This document shows, piece after piece, positions 1 through 10,380 of a stretch of DNA of 64,000 nucleotides. Position 1 is the stretch's first letter; each line of letters begins with the position of its first letter. The translations under genes were made by a program, and so were the position numbers. The notes under the pieces were generated by a model. It worked only from the letters and a program-made list of their open reading frames with translations. It was not told where the DNA came from and ran no database searches. The DNA comes from Corallochytrium limacisporum Hawaii (Eukaryota > Protista > Pluriformea). The stretch is from NCBI GenBank assembly GCA_002811645.1, contig PDIP01000257.1, positions 25,524 to 89,523 of the forward strand, read 5' to 3'.

Positions 1-1
1 A

Positions 2-712
2 GTTGAGTTAGACGTCGAGGGCGAGGTTAAAGAACGGAGCATGCTAATGTTCAGCCACGCCAGCAATATAGATCCCTTTGCAATGACCGCCGGGTCACGT
101 GGCCCGGGATCTGAAGGCATCTTCCTCGGCAAGAAAGATCTTCTGTTTGTCCCTATGGTGGGCATTGCGATGTACATTGCAGGTCATGTCTTCATCGATC
201 GTGGCAACCTCGAAAAGGCCAAGAAAAGCTTAGACAAAGCTAGGAATTATTGCGAAAAGCATGGATTGAGCTTGGGCATTAGTCCAGAAGGTACTCGTTC
301 GAAAACCGGACAGATGCTGGAGTTCAAGAAAGGACCTTTCCACACACAAAGAGCCATGCAACTGTCTATCACTCCCGTTGCTATCCTCGGGGCGTTCGAA
401 CTGTGTCCACCAAAGACTGCGGGATCTCGACCAGGGGTGGTGACAGTGCGGTACCTGGACCCGATCGCGTATAGTGAGAAGGACAGCGTGTTCGATGTAC
501 AGGTAAAGGTAAAGCGGGCATTGCTAAAGAGCATGATGGTTCCTCCAAAGCGGAACGAGATGTCGCCGATTACAACACTGCGCAGGCAACGTCAGCCATA
601 TCTGGTGTTTGCAGCATGCCTGGTTGTCATTCTTTTGTACCATGAGTACTTTGGTATCCTCACCCCAATGATCTGGTTCTACCAAACTCTTCTCGAGCTT
701 ATTGGATTCTGA
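2..712 (+). CDS. 1-acylglycerol-3-phosphate O-acyltransferase (PlsC/AGPAT family), 5'-partial
   Basis: Frame is open from the window edge. Acyltransferase motifs FSHASNID (HxxxxD), FIDR, SPEGTRS and FKKGPF; C-terminal hydrophobic segment. Confidence 0.9.
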   Translation, partial: VELDVEGEVKERSMLMFSHASNIDPFAMTAGSRGPGSEGIFLGKKDLLFVPMVGIAMYIAGHVFIDRGNLEKAKKSLDKARNYCEKHGLSLGISPEGTRSKTGQMLEFKKGPFHTQRAMQLSITPVAILGAFELCPPKTAGSRPGVVTVRYLDPIAYSEKDSVFDVQVKVKRALLKSMMVPPKRNEMSPITTLRRQRQPYLVFAACLVVILLYHEYFGILTPMIWFYQTLLELIGF

Positions 713-980
713 ACGGTTTGCTCAAGTGAAGGGTGACTTCCGTCGGCATCATCAGCAAACGTGATGTACAGACATGAATCACATAAACAGTAAAGCCTTA
801 CAAGTACATCAATCTACACCATCTCGAGGATGGAAATGCAAAGAATTGTCTCTATGCCCCGAACCGCTTCTCCAGGACACGGCCGCCCCACACACCGTGC
901 CCTCCCCCCGCCTTGCGCTCTCCCTTCCACGGAGGCTTGTTGGTTCTTATAGCCCACGGAAACACCCCTGGACTGTTATC

Positions 981-1038
981 TTTTGGCGCTCTCTCCGATC
1001 ATTGCCTTAGTGGCGGGTCGTGCTGTGCGTATTTCAAA
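981..1038 (+). promoter_or_regulatory. Candidate E2F site (TTTTGGCGC) and CHR-like element (TTTGAAA on minus strand) upstream of TDP1
   Basis: Consensus matches at 981-989 and 1032-1038. Confidence 0.4.
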
Positions 1039-1280
1039 GCGAAACAGCGGCGCATCACAATGTGGCTGAAGCAACTGTACCTAGCAACATAGATGTGTGA
1101 CATAGATTGGAAAAAACGGAAAGAAACAAGGATACAGGTTCGAATCCTCCATAGCAGAGATATATGTCACCTTTGGGACTCTTGGGTCGGGTGAGTCTCT
1201 CCTGGGGAGGAAAGAAAGAATCTGTATTCCGTACGGTACCACTAAGTAAAGTTCATTGGCACATTGGAAGAGCAAGCATC

Positions 1281-2996
1281 ATGTCAAGCACCGCGGGAAA
1301 GCGAACTAAACCAGGTGATCCCGCTGTGATCGAGATCCTCTCCTCCGACGGCAGCGAGGTAGAAGAGATACTGCCGCCACTGGCCAAGAAAGCAAGATCG
1401 GAATCGAATAAGGCACTGGACGCCAAAGAGCGTGCTCGCACAGAAGGTGGCTTCTTTCTGACAAAGGTTCAGCCCCTGAGCCCGCACCACAATCGACACA
1501 GTTTAGGGATCCGCGATCTCACCGGCCTCGAGGGACCCCAAAATGCGATCACCAAGACCTGGCAGTTCGACTACATGTTCGATCCGGAATGGCTTTGGGA
1601 ACAGTTCCCACACAATGCCCGAGACAAGGCACAGTTTGTGTACATTCACGGTGAGCGGCACAAGGATCAGTTGGTTGAATTTGCCAACAGATTTGAGAAG
1701 GGGAAGATCACAATTGTCAACCCGGATCTGCCCTTGCCGTACGGTGTGCATCACACCAAGATGATGATCTTCCAGTACGAGGACGATGGCCTCCGGGTCG
1801 TAGTTCACACAGCAAATTTGATTCCCCGGGACTGGGCACTAAAGACGCAGGCCATCTACATTACTCCGAAGCTCAAACGCAAGCCTGCGGATGGCAAGCA
1901 CAGCAAAGACAAGAGCGAGGGCTTCGGATCTGATCTGGCCAACTATCTACGCAAGTACAAACGAAAGCCAGTCATGGATCTTGCGGGACTGGTGGATGAG
2001 TACGACTTCTCCAGCGTGCCAGTGCGGTTGATTGGCAGCACTCCTGGCTACCACCAGGGTTACGAAGCAATGAAAGATCAGGGAATCTGCAAACTGCAAA
2101 GATTGTTGGCGCAGCACCAGAACGCCTCAGGCACAACCACCGATGGCCGAAAGTCTCAGCCTAAGACCGCATTTAGTGCATTGATGCAGAACCGCTCGGC
2201 GTTGTCGTCAGAGACTTCGACAAAGGAAGAGACCGAGAGTAAAACAGGCAACCGAGCCGACGGTACCCCGCAGAAGACTGCGCCCTACTACATAGGCCAA
2301 TTTTCAAGCATCGGATCGCTTGGAAAGAACGCAGGGACATGGATTACGTCGCAGTTTCTGCGTGCACTGAAGGGTGAGAAACCGGTCATTGCAGTGAAGG
2401 GTGGGCAATCACCACCACAGTCCAGCCCTGGAGACGAATTGCGTTTTATCTTTCCCACCGTTGAGGAGGTACGCGAATCTCTCGAAGGCTGGGCCGCAGG
2501 TGGTTCCATTCCGTATAATTCGGGCACACGTGGCAAGCAGTTGTGGTTGGAGGCACAATTCTTCCACCGTTGGCGGGCCCGTGTGTCTGGACGGGAACAT
2601 TGCATGCCGCACATTAAGACCTACGCACGAGTCAGGCCGCACACGGCGCCAACGTCGAACTCGTCCAGGGAAACTCAACCGCATGAAATTGACTGGTTTC
2701 TAGTCACGTCTGCAAACTTGAGCCAGGCGGCGTGGGGCACGTACCAAAAGCAAGGAACACAACTCATGGTGCGGCACTACGAACTTGGCGTTCTTGTGCA
2801 TCCCAAGGCTTACCCCACGAACGTGACTCTTCGTAACCTGTACAGCACAGACTACGAGGCTCAGACAGACATGGATATGGTTGGCGTCCCCATTCCATAC
2901 GATCTGCCACCACAGCGGTACTCAACCGGAGACGAAGCCTGGACCGTGGACACTGTACGACACAGTCCGGACAGGCACAGTCTAACCTGGGGATGA
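1281..2996 (+). CDS. TDP1: Tyrosyl-DNA phosphodiesterase 1 (possible upstream in-frame start at 1164)
   Basis: Two HKN catalytic motifs (YGVHHTKMM...HTANL and PHIKTY...TSANLS), GQFSSIGSLG, and C-terminal PIPYDLPP..Y...DEAW. N-terminus has SIM-like VIEILSSD and basic NLS-like patches. Confidence 0.96.
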   Translation: MSSTAGKRTKPGDPAVIEILSSDGSEVEEILPPLAKKARSESNKALDAKERARTEGGFFLTKVQPLSPHHNRHSLGIRDLTGLEGPQNAITKTWQFDYMFDPEWLWEQFPHNARDKAQFVYIHGERHKDQLVEFANRFEKGKITIVNPDLPLPYGVHHTKMMIFQYEDDGLRVVVHTANLIPRDWALKTQAIYITPKLKRKPADGKHSKDKSEGFGSDLANYLRKYKRKPVMDLAGLVDEYDFSSVPVRLIGSTPGYHQGYEAMKDQGICKLQRLLAQHQNASGTTTDGRKSQPKTAFSALMQNRSALSSETSTKEETESKTGNRADGTPQKTAPYYIGQFSSIGSLGKNAGTWITSQFLRALKGEKPVIAVKGGQSPPQSSPGDELRFIFPTVEEVRESLEGWAAGGSIPYNSGTRGKQLWLEAQFFHRWRARVSGREHCMPHIKTYARVRPHTAPTSNSSRETQPHEIDWFLVTSANLSQAAWGTYQKQGTQLMVRHYELGVLVHPKAYPTNVTLRNLYSTDYEAQTDMDMVGVPIPYDLPPQRYSTGDEAWTVDTVRHSPDRHSLTWG

Positions 2997-3095
2997 TGTT
3001 AGTTTATTTCCGTTTGACCCTGTAAAGAATTCAAAGCAGGTTTAGTGTTTTTGCTTAAATACATCTTATATCGTTCCATGGCCCAATAAGAATGA

Positions 3096-6000
3096 TTAAC
3101 TGCCAACGCTACGGGGCGCCAGGCTCCTACGTACCTCCTCGATGAGGAGCTGACTGTAGGTTTCGAGCATGTCACGGGGCACCGCTGGCTCAGCTGCGTG
3201 CAGTACGGTCGCTTCACCAGCGGTCGCCGGTGATACCAGGAATGCACGCTCCTGCAGCGTCCGAGGTAAAGACGCTTGCAGCTCCTTCTGTGTCCGATGA
3301 ATCACCCCCACTATCTCTGCCTGCGTATCAGCCGGCACATGCGCCGCGCCCAGAGCCAGCACGGATGAGAGCTCTTTAGAGGCCGCTTTGTAGGCCGCTA
3401 GTGCGTCCCTGATCGTCGACTCAGGCTTTACGGACGGGCGTGTGCGTTTCTCCGACTCCATGAGATCGATGGTTTTCGCGGCTGCACTACAGTCGTTGAT
3501 TGTTGAGTTCTTCGTCTCTCCAATTGTCTCCAGCGAAGACGGTGGTGGTGGGCGTTCTGCTGGCCGAGCAGCATCCACAACCCTCGTTGACCCATGGCGG
3601 TCCTTCGTCGAAGTGATCAGGCCAAGCTTTTCCAGACGTTCCCGTGTCCGAGCAATTTCCTCTGCGGCGCGTTCACGCCGCTCCCGCAGTCGTTGCGCAT
3701 CCCTCTCAGCTTGCACTGCTGAAGCAGCCGCGATTGACGATAGCGCGGCCTGACTGGCACTCCGCTGCAGGTGTATGCTGTTATCATCGCTGTTGGGGAT
3801 GGGGTTAGCGCTTTTAGCTCCGGACGGGATAGAAAACTTGCTGGACTCGGGCACGCTGGCGCGGTGTATGCCCACTGTTTCCTCGCCGACGATTTCAGTG
3901 CCGGAAGAAGCTGCCAGAACAGAGTCCACCCGTGGCTCCTCTACCCCAGTATGCCCTTCCATTGCTGCTAGCAAATCGACGCCTGCAGACGCGGGCTCCT
4001 TGTTGATTACTGAAGAATAGTACCGTGCGCTGGCACTTGGTTGGGCAGTGCTGGTCACAATTCCCGTGGTGATTCCCGTGTTCACACTGACGCCGCCAGC
4101 AGCACAGGCGGTCTTTTCATCCATTTCACTTTTCGTTGTCTTATGGACATTGCCGGCGACAACAACCGCCTCTGCTGCAGCCGCGGCTGTATCTGCGCCC
4201 TCCATTGTCGTCTCCGCACAACCACTAATTAGTTCGTCAGCGGTGACGTTATGCTTGCGGATTCCAGCTTCTGTGCCCATCTCGTCCGTAATGTCCTCCT
4301 CTACAGGTGCCTCACCATGCTGCTGTAGCATCGCAGCCATGTCCTCTTCGTTGAGCGTCACTTCGAAGTGGCCTCCGTCTTCTGGAGTTCCGGATGGGGG
4401 TGAAGCCTGCTCTGTTGAGTCGGGCACAGTCGCTGCCAAAGGAGCTGCCGTGACAGTGCCCAAGTCTTCGATTTCGTCAGGGACGAGGACGATGTCAACG
4501 TGAGTTCGTTCGAGGTCGGACGATTTGAACCGGATCCGCTCCTGGACACGTTCAGCCCATCGTCCGCGGACGCCAGGGGATTTCGGACGATTCTGCAACG
4601 CGAGAGCCAGGGCCTGGCCGTCACCGAAGTCTTCCGTTTGGCCGGTGGTTTCAAGGCGGGAGGTTGCCGGGCGCTTTTGAGGAGTGCTGCTTGATTGTGT
4701 CACGGGAGGTGCAACGGAGCCACTTTCGTCGTCAACTGCACGCTTGGCCCAGGCTGGCAGATTAGACGTCGTCAGATTCAGCTCACCAGCTGGAGGTGGA
4801 GGCCTTGTTGGTCGCATTGACGATTTTGTGATGTCATCCGGTGGTGACCGAGAAGGGAGCTCCTGCAGTGGGTTCTTCGACGAGGGCTGATGATCCACCG
4901 CTGGTTTCACGGACGCCTGGCTCTGCTGATTGTCCTGAGGAACGGTCTGGTCCGATACCACGGCATGCGTAGTGGCAACCTCGGGATCGTAACCTAGTGC
5001 AGTTAGCATTTGATTCTCCAGCTCGGCCATGCGATCCAGAATGGTAGCTGTGAAGGTCTCTGGTAGGCGCCAGACAAGGATGACGCCATCAGCAGACGCA
5101 GTAATCAGACGGAGACAGTCCGGCGTAAACTTCATGGCGGTGAGCAGGTCAGAGTGGCCCCGCAGGCAGTCAATTTCAGTGCCGGAGTAAAAGTCGTAAA
5201 TTCGCACGAACCGATCGCTACCAGCGACAGCAACGTAAATGCCGGCGGTGTCCATTTCGACGCGGTGCAGTGCTGAGCTGCTCTGCTTCGTATCATCCTT
5301 TCCGATGCTATCTTGGTTCTGTTGTTGCCAAGAAGAGTTGCAGTTAAGCGCATCGTTGATCCCCTGGAACCGATCTTCACTCGCTCTGTTCAGTGAGGTG
5401 TCCTGCACCTCTACCAAACTGGCAGCGTAAGAACGTACATTTCGGGCACTTGCAACGTTGTAGACTTTGATATATGGATCAGCGCCAACAGCGGCCGCAT
5501 ACTTGCCAGTAGCGTCCACACTCAGACCGTAGACACTACCCTTCCATGGTAGCGTGCTCTGTGAGTCGAGGTCAACGCGGTCGACCCGGGTGGTGCCTGT
5601 TTTACTGTCCTTTTTGACAGTGGCACTGAGAAGGCTAAAGTTCAGGGTATGGTCCTGCGATCCAGCGATGACGCGAATCGTCTGTGAATGGCTAGCTATG
5701 TTCTCATTGCTGGACCCCGTGATTGGCTGCTCGCCCAGCCATAGGTCTGTGATTGAGCCCTGGAAGCCATCAAGCGTAATTTGCAATGCAGAATTCGTGC
5801 TTTGCAGTGCCGCGTCCCAGACATGCACTAGTCGATCTCTACCACCGGACACCAACAGTGACTCCAGGTCGCGGCCAAAGCTGGACTGCAAGCCGAGGTG
5901 ACTGCCCCTGCTCTCCATGAAAGACAGAGTCAGTACGTCGTGTTCGTGAGCGTGGATGACGGAGTAACGCGCCTCATGATGATGGTCAATAGCCATGGTG

Positions 6001-7868
6001 GCCGATTGCATGTTCGTCGCTGCCTCCATCACCTCAGTCAATGAACCAACAGACAGCACATTATTCTCGTTGATTTCGGTGGAATCGAATACATGGACAC
6101 AACCCTTGCGATCCCCAAAGGCCAAGCGTTTGCCTCCTGCTGCGTACACACAGCACCTGGCAGTGTTGGACGATCCCATGTACAGCTTCTGCAGGACCCG
6201 CGGAGGATTGAGTGCCTTTTCGAGCATTCCGTCACCCCAGCGACTGTAGTCAGAGCTCAGCCGCACCATGTCTAGAAGAAGACCATTTCCAACAGATTTG
6301 AGAGCCTGTGTAGTTCCTGGAGCCATTGTCGTTGAACCTCGCGAGCCCCCGCCGCCGAGGTGCTGTCCAATATTCCAGAAGCGGACAGTGTCGTCCGCAC
6401 CGCATGTCATCAAAGTCCCCTCTGTGAACGGCGTCTCCCCTCCCAATTGCCGGCCTGGAGTCAACGTCCCCTCTAGGGTCGCTGGATCGTTCAAAGGTAG
6501 TGGGCACACATCCATGTCCCAGACGCATTCACTGTGCCACAGATTGTACCTTAATCGCTGGGCTCTGTTGACATCTGTGACATCCCATACGTACAGACTG
6601 CGATCGCTGTAGACGACGTTCACCTTATTCGATGTCTGGCTCAGAGATATACAAAAGGCGTGTGGATAGACTGTGTTTTGGTTCCTTCTGTGAGTCTGGA
6701 CGGCCTTACCGTGGATAATCGCAGATTCGGAGCCCAGTGCATGAGGCTTTGGTAAGGTTCCGACATATTTGAGCGTATCAGTCTCAAACAGTCTGATCAC
6801 ACCGTCGGTGAGCCCAACAGCAATGACCCTATCGTTCACATCAATGCTATACCCGCGCTTGGACTTCATGTCCACCCATTTATCTAACGAATGCTCCGGC
6901 CCAAAGCAGCATAGTAGTCCAGAGTTGGTAATCGCGTACGTATTGTGCTGATCCACTTTCCCCTTGCCGCACACAATGTCAACAAATATGGCCGTGCGGT
7001 GATTGCCTAGCAATCCTGACTTGGCTTCCAGGGTTGCCACGCGTCCTTTGTTTGCAGCTTCACGGAGGGAGGTCGGATTATCCAAGAGTTTCTTTAGCGA
7101 CCAGAATCTCACATTCTGCGAACCCGACGTCACAATGGTCGATCCGTCGCGGCTGACTGACAGAGAAAGGATCCTAGTCGCAGCCTTGCCCATGGCGACT
7201 GGTAAGGGGCTCTCAGGATTGCTTTGGTACGGCGTCGGTGTCTGCATACCACTTCCGGCCATCCTTGCTGCTGTCCGCCAGTCCCAAAGCAGTACGGATC
7301 GATCCGTACCAACGCCAGTAGACACCAAAAATCTACTGTCTGGCCCGCAAAATGCTAAATGGTGGACACCATCCGGATGACTGAGTACCTCTGTTGATCC
7401 AGGCTGCAGCGACTGGGACACATTGCTAGCTGGAAAGTGTGACACTAGTGATCCAGAGTCCAGCTGCCAGACCATGATATGTGAACCCTTACCAACTTCA
7501 CCAACGGCAAGGAACTTACCGTCCGGTGAGAAGCAGAGTGCGTGAAGGGGTTGCGGTACTCGACTCACCGGTGACGCACATGCTGTCGACCATCGACGGT
7601 GCAAGGACAACTCAGGAGGTACAACGTGCTGCTGTTTATCCCGTCGCGTATTATATAGGACAATGATCGCCCCTGCAGGATACGCAACGAGACCTGTGAC
7701 TGAATTACAGGCGAATGATGCATTGGAGTCCGCACTACATCCAAGAACATACTCTATTTTGCATTTACTGGTTTCCTGTTGTCCCCACATTGAACCTTCG
7801 GGAAACATGGGTAGCGGAACAGGTTGCGACCGCAGCGTCGTCCCCGAAGGATTTGTAGATATTGACAT
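3096..7868 (-). CDS. WDR62: WD40-repeat protein of the WDR62/MAPKBP1 family
   Basis: VAYPAGAIIVLYN, LDKWVDMK, VYSDRSLYVWDV, HSECVWD, LVSGGRDRLVHVWD and GHSDLLTAMKFTPDCLRLITASADG; disordered linker; C-terminal loop-helix motif MLETYSQLLIEEVRRSL typical of the family. Confidence 0.92.
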   Translation of the reverse strand: MSISTNPSGTTLRSQPVPLPMFPEGSMWGQQETSKCKIEYVLGCSADSNASFACNSVTGLVAYPAGAIIVLYNTRRDKQQHVVPPELSLHRRWSTACASPVSRVPQPLHALCFSPDGKFLAVGEVGKGSHIMVWQLDSGSLVSHFPASNVSQSLQPGSTEVLSHPDGVHHLAFCGPDSRFLVSTGVGTDRSVLLWDWRTAARMAGSGMQTPTPYQSNPESPLPVAMGKAATRILSLSVSRDGSTIVTSGSQNVRFWSLKKLLDNPTSLREAANKGRVATLEAKSGLLGNHRTAIFVDIVCGKGKVDQHNTYAITNSGLLCCFGPEHSLDKWVDMKSKRGYSIDVNDRVIAVGLTDGVIRLFETDTLKYVGTLPKPHALGSESAIIHGKAVQTHRRNQNTVYPHAFCISLSQTSNKVNVVYSDRSLYVWDVTDVNRAQRLRYNLWHSECVWDMDVCPLPLNDPATLEGTLTPGRQLGGETPFTEGTLMTCGADDTVRFWNIGQHLGGGGSRGSTTMAPGTTQALKSVGNGLLLDMVRLSSDYSRWGDGMLEKALNPPRVLQKLYMGSSNTARCCVYAAGGKRLAFGDRKGCVHVFDSTEINENNVLSVGSLTEVMEAATNMQSATMAIDHHHEARYSVIHAHEHDVLTLSFMESRGSHLGLQSSFGRDLESLLVSGGRDRLVHVWDAALQSTNSALQITLDGFQGSITDLWLGEQPITGSSNENIASHSQTIRVIAGSQDHTLNFSLLSATVKKDSKTGTTRVDRVDLDSQSTLPWKGSVYGLSVDATGKYAAAVGADPYIKVYNVASARNVRSYAASLVEVQDTSLNRASEDRFQGINDALNCNSSWQQQNQDSIGKDDTKQSSSALHRVEMDTAGIYVAVAGSDRFVRIYDFYSGTEIDCLRGHSDLLTAMKFTPDCLRLITASADGVILVWRLPETFTATILDRMAELENQMLTALGYDPEVATTHAVVSDQTVPQDNQQSQASVKPAVDHQPSSKNPLQELPSRSPPDDITKSSMRPTRPPPPAGELNLTTSNLPAWAKRAVDDESGSVAPPVTQSSSTPQKRPATSRLETTGQTEDFGDGQALALALQNRPKSPGVRGRWAERVQERIRFKSSDLERTHVDIVLVPDEIEDLGTVTAAPLAATVPDSTEQASPPSGTPEDGGHFEVTLNEEDMAAMLQQHGEAPVEEDITDEMGTEAGIRKHNVTADELISGCAETTMEGADTAAAAAEAVVVAGNVHKTTKSEMDEKTACAAGGVSVNTGITTGIVTSTAQPSASARYYSSVINKEPASAGVDLLAAMEGHTGVEEPRVDSVLAASSGTEIVGEETVGIHRASVPESSKFSIPSGAKSANPIPNSDDNSIHLQRSASQAALSSIAAASAVQAERDAQRLRERRERAAEEIARTRERLEKLGLITSTKDRHGSTRVVDAARPAERPPPPSSLETIGETKNSTINDCSAAAKTIDLMESEKRTRPSVKPESTIRDALAAYKAASKELSSVLALGAAHVPADTQAEIVGVIHRTQKELQASLPRTLQERAFLVSPATAGEATVLHAAEPAVPRDMLETYSQLLIEEVRRSLAPRSVGS

Positions 7869-9314
7869 CTCTCAGTCTTTGCACAATTCTTTGAGATATG
7901 AAATATTCCGCGTTCTCATGTGTATCATGATCCCTCTCCCTTGATCTAGTCTTTCATTCTAGCGAACCAGTCTTCAGATACTAAGCTGGATTGTCAGTTC
8001 ATTAATCATAATACATACACCCAGAGCCATCAAATACCGTAACAAATCCATTGCCTGTCCATGCGAACAAATACATACATCAGATTACGGAGCCGTTCGG
8101 ACGCTGCGCGTCGCCGCGACGGACCGTGTGGGTGAGGGACGGGTCTCAGATGCCCAAAAGGCCAGTTCCCGCCAACCCCGCCCCTACGCAAAACGGTCTC
8201 CCGCGCTTTACCCTCCTCGCCCCTTCGAAACAGCCATTCAACGAATGCGGGTCCGCCTTGCTCGTCTCTCTGGTGCTGCTCGGTACATTCACGATAGGTG
8301 TAGCTCCATCCGTGTTCCGGTACATTCACTATGATTATCGCAGTGTGCGCTCCACTTTTCACACATGTCCCAAAGGAAACAGCACTCGCTTATTGACCTC
8401 AGTTGAACTGGGGGCCTATTTATCCACCTCACTCCTGGTAGACACCGCGAAAAAGTGTTCCCGAAGAGGAAACCGTCGCACAGTGGATCCCTGCCCTCCC
8501 CCTTTTGCCCCCCCCCCCACCGAGGGAACGGGGTGGCGGTGACGCAATGTCCCCATACATTGGGCCCCAGGATGAGATTTTGTAGCAAGCAGGCCGAGCG
8601 AGAGCGAGGAAGCGTCTTAAGCTGGGTAGGAAGGGAAGGCGGGGTTTAACAGACACGGGGTGCCTCAGCTGCAAACAGCCAGTGCGAGGGAACTGAACAA
8701 CTAAGAATAGACCCCCGAGGCGGTTTCAAACAACAAGAAAAGCCAGTCGAGCAGGCCGATGAATGATCGAGGTGTTGATGGTGATTGTGCACACTCGTGC
8801 CACCGGCGCGACGACATGTCACCGGTGGGTAAAGCCTGCTATGGGGAGTCACCGGGAGTCAGTACCAAGACTTTGGTCTGCTCTTGTTAAACTTCTTCCC
8901 TGGTTGTTTGTGAAAGTGTTGGGACGAGGAGGGTGCATTGCAGCCAATCAGAGTTTGTGAACAGTCCCACTCAGCGACACAAACCAGAGACAGACGTAAG
9001 GAATCGACATGGAGAGATGTCATCACGAACACTCTATATTCCAGTGAAGTTTGTCGAGGTCTGCTGGATGCATTATCTCTTTCCAGGCGGGGAGATTGGG
9101 TAGGGGAGTCCTATAGTGTTTAACGAAAACCAAACCCCTAAACCCCCATGTGAAGGCACGTGAAATGAGGCTTGAGCGTTTTCAAGTGCAACATTTGGTC
9201 CAATTCCGGTGCACACTTGCTGGTACATAAGCATTGACGTGGCATTTCATTTTCCCTATGATGCGCCCAAGGTTAGGTTCCATATCCTATGGCTACAGTA
9301 AGACAGTAATCACC

Positions 9315-9851
9315 ATGGCTGACATCGAATACATCAAATCTCTCGTGGCTGCCATCCCCGACTTCCCCAAACCGGGTATTCTGTTCCGGGACATATTTCC
9401 TGTGTTCCACGACCCCGTAGCGGTGCAGAGCATTATCAATCACCTGGCTGCCCACATCCAGAAGACACACAAGGACGTGCACGCCATCGTTGGTCTCGAT
9501 GCCCGTGGTTTCCTGATCGGTCCCCCACTGGCCATGGCCCTTGGGGCCAAGTTCGTGCCTGTGCGTAAGAAAGGCAAGCTTCCGGGTGAATGTGTGGACG
9601 TTGAGTACAAGCTGGAATATGGCAGTGACCATTTCGAGATGCAGAAGCGCAGCCTGAAGGAGGGCGAGAACGTCATCATTGTCGACGATCTGCTGGCCAC
9701 TGGTGGCACCCTGAGCGCTGCCAACGAATTGTGCAAGCTGTTGGGAGCCACCGTCCTGCAAAACCTTGTCTTGATCGAACTCACTCCCCTCAAGGGCCGC
9801 AACAAGGTCAGTACCCCCGTCTACGCCATGATCCAGTACGACGACGAGTAA
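9315..9851 (+). CDS. APRT: Adenine phosphoribosyltransferase
   Basis: IPDFPKPGILFRDI, GLDARGF, VRKKGKLPG, Y.LEYG and PRPP motif IIVDDLLATGGT. Start taken at accATGG (9315). Confidence 0.98.
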   Translation: MADIEYIKSLVAAIPDFPKPGILFRDIFPVFHDPVAVQSIINHLAAHIQKTHKDVHAIVGLDARGFLIGPPLAMALGAKFVPVRKKGKLPGECVDVEYKLEYGSDHFEMQKRSLKEGENVIIVDDLLATGGTLSAANELCKLLGATVLQNLVLIELTPLKGRNKVSTPVYAMIQYDDE

Positions 9852-9964
9852 GTTTGTCAACAGACTACGCGTTACGAAATTGTGTACAATATAATGAACT
9901 ACTGTTCCCCATTGGCACCGAAAGTGTAAAGATCTATTTAAAGTTTATGGTGAAAAGGACCCTC

Positions 9965-10380
9965 TTAGTTCCCTCCGCGAAGAGCAAGCACTAAATGCAG
10001 AACCGTTCCTCCCGAAATCTTGTAGTCCTCTGCTGTCTTTTCGTCGTTCCTGCATGAGCAAACATTTAAAAATAGATGACATACGTTAGCAAACATGTCC
10101 AGCAAAAAGGTGGTCGCAGGGACCTCTGCACGGATACTTACATTGCACGGCCACTGAAAATAAGACGTTGTTGGGCAGGAGGAATGCCTTCCTTCTCTTC
10201 AACACGTTCCTTGATGCGCTCAATCTTGTCAGTGGGCTCGATATCGATCTCGATCTGTCATCACACGAAAACAATTAAAATACATCCCGCTTGTTAGTAA
10301 ACTCCATTCCCATGCACCCAATTCGTTAGCATTCCTCTACCTACTTCCTTGCCCGTTAGGGTCTTCACCTTGATCAACAT
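9965..10380 (-). CDS. NEDD8: NEDD8/Rub1 ubiquitin-like protein, 3 exons (10380-10345, 10254-10142, 10049-9965), 77 aa
   Basis: Manual splicing gives [12 protein letters not shown]|[38 protein letters not shown]|[27 protein letters not shown]. Ala72 distinguishes NEDD8 from ubiquitin. Confidence 0.97.
10050..10141 (-). other. Spliceosomal intron 2 of NEDD8 (92 nt, phase 2, within Met50 codon)
   Basis: GTAAGT donor, TGCTAAC branch site (10091-10085) and CAG acceptor; removal restores the frame to LRGG. Confidence 0.95.
10255..10344 (-). other. Spliceosomal intron 1 of NEDD8 (90 nt, phase 0)
   Basis: GTAGGT donor, TACTAAC branch site (10299-10293) and CAG acceptor; removal restores the NEDD8 frame. 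Confidence 0.95.

Noticed and set aside
1075-1160. Possible tRNA around GGTTCGAATCC
   Set aside because: Only a 3-bp T-stem; no acceptor stem, D-arm or anticodon arm can be built.
9130-9147. Telomere-like CAAACCCCTAAACCCCC
   Set aside because: Fewer than two exact units; insufficient for an interstitial telomere or telo-box call.
9273-9860. 195-aa ORF antisense to APRT
   Set aside because: Shadow ORF caused by APRT codon bias; no recognisable protein features.
10086-10297. ORF-track 62-aa and 73-aa ORFs over the NEDD8 locus
   Set aside because: Wrong-frame or antisense readings of the spliced NEDD8 gene.
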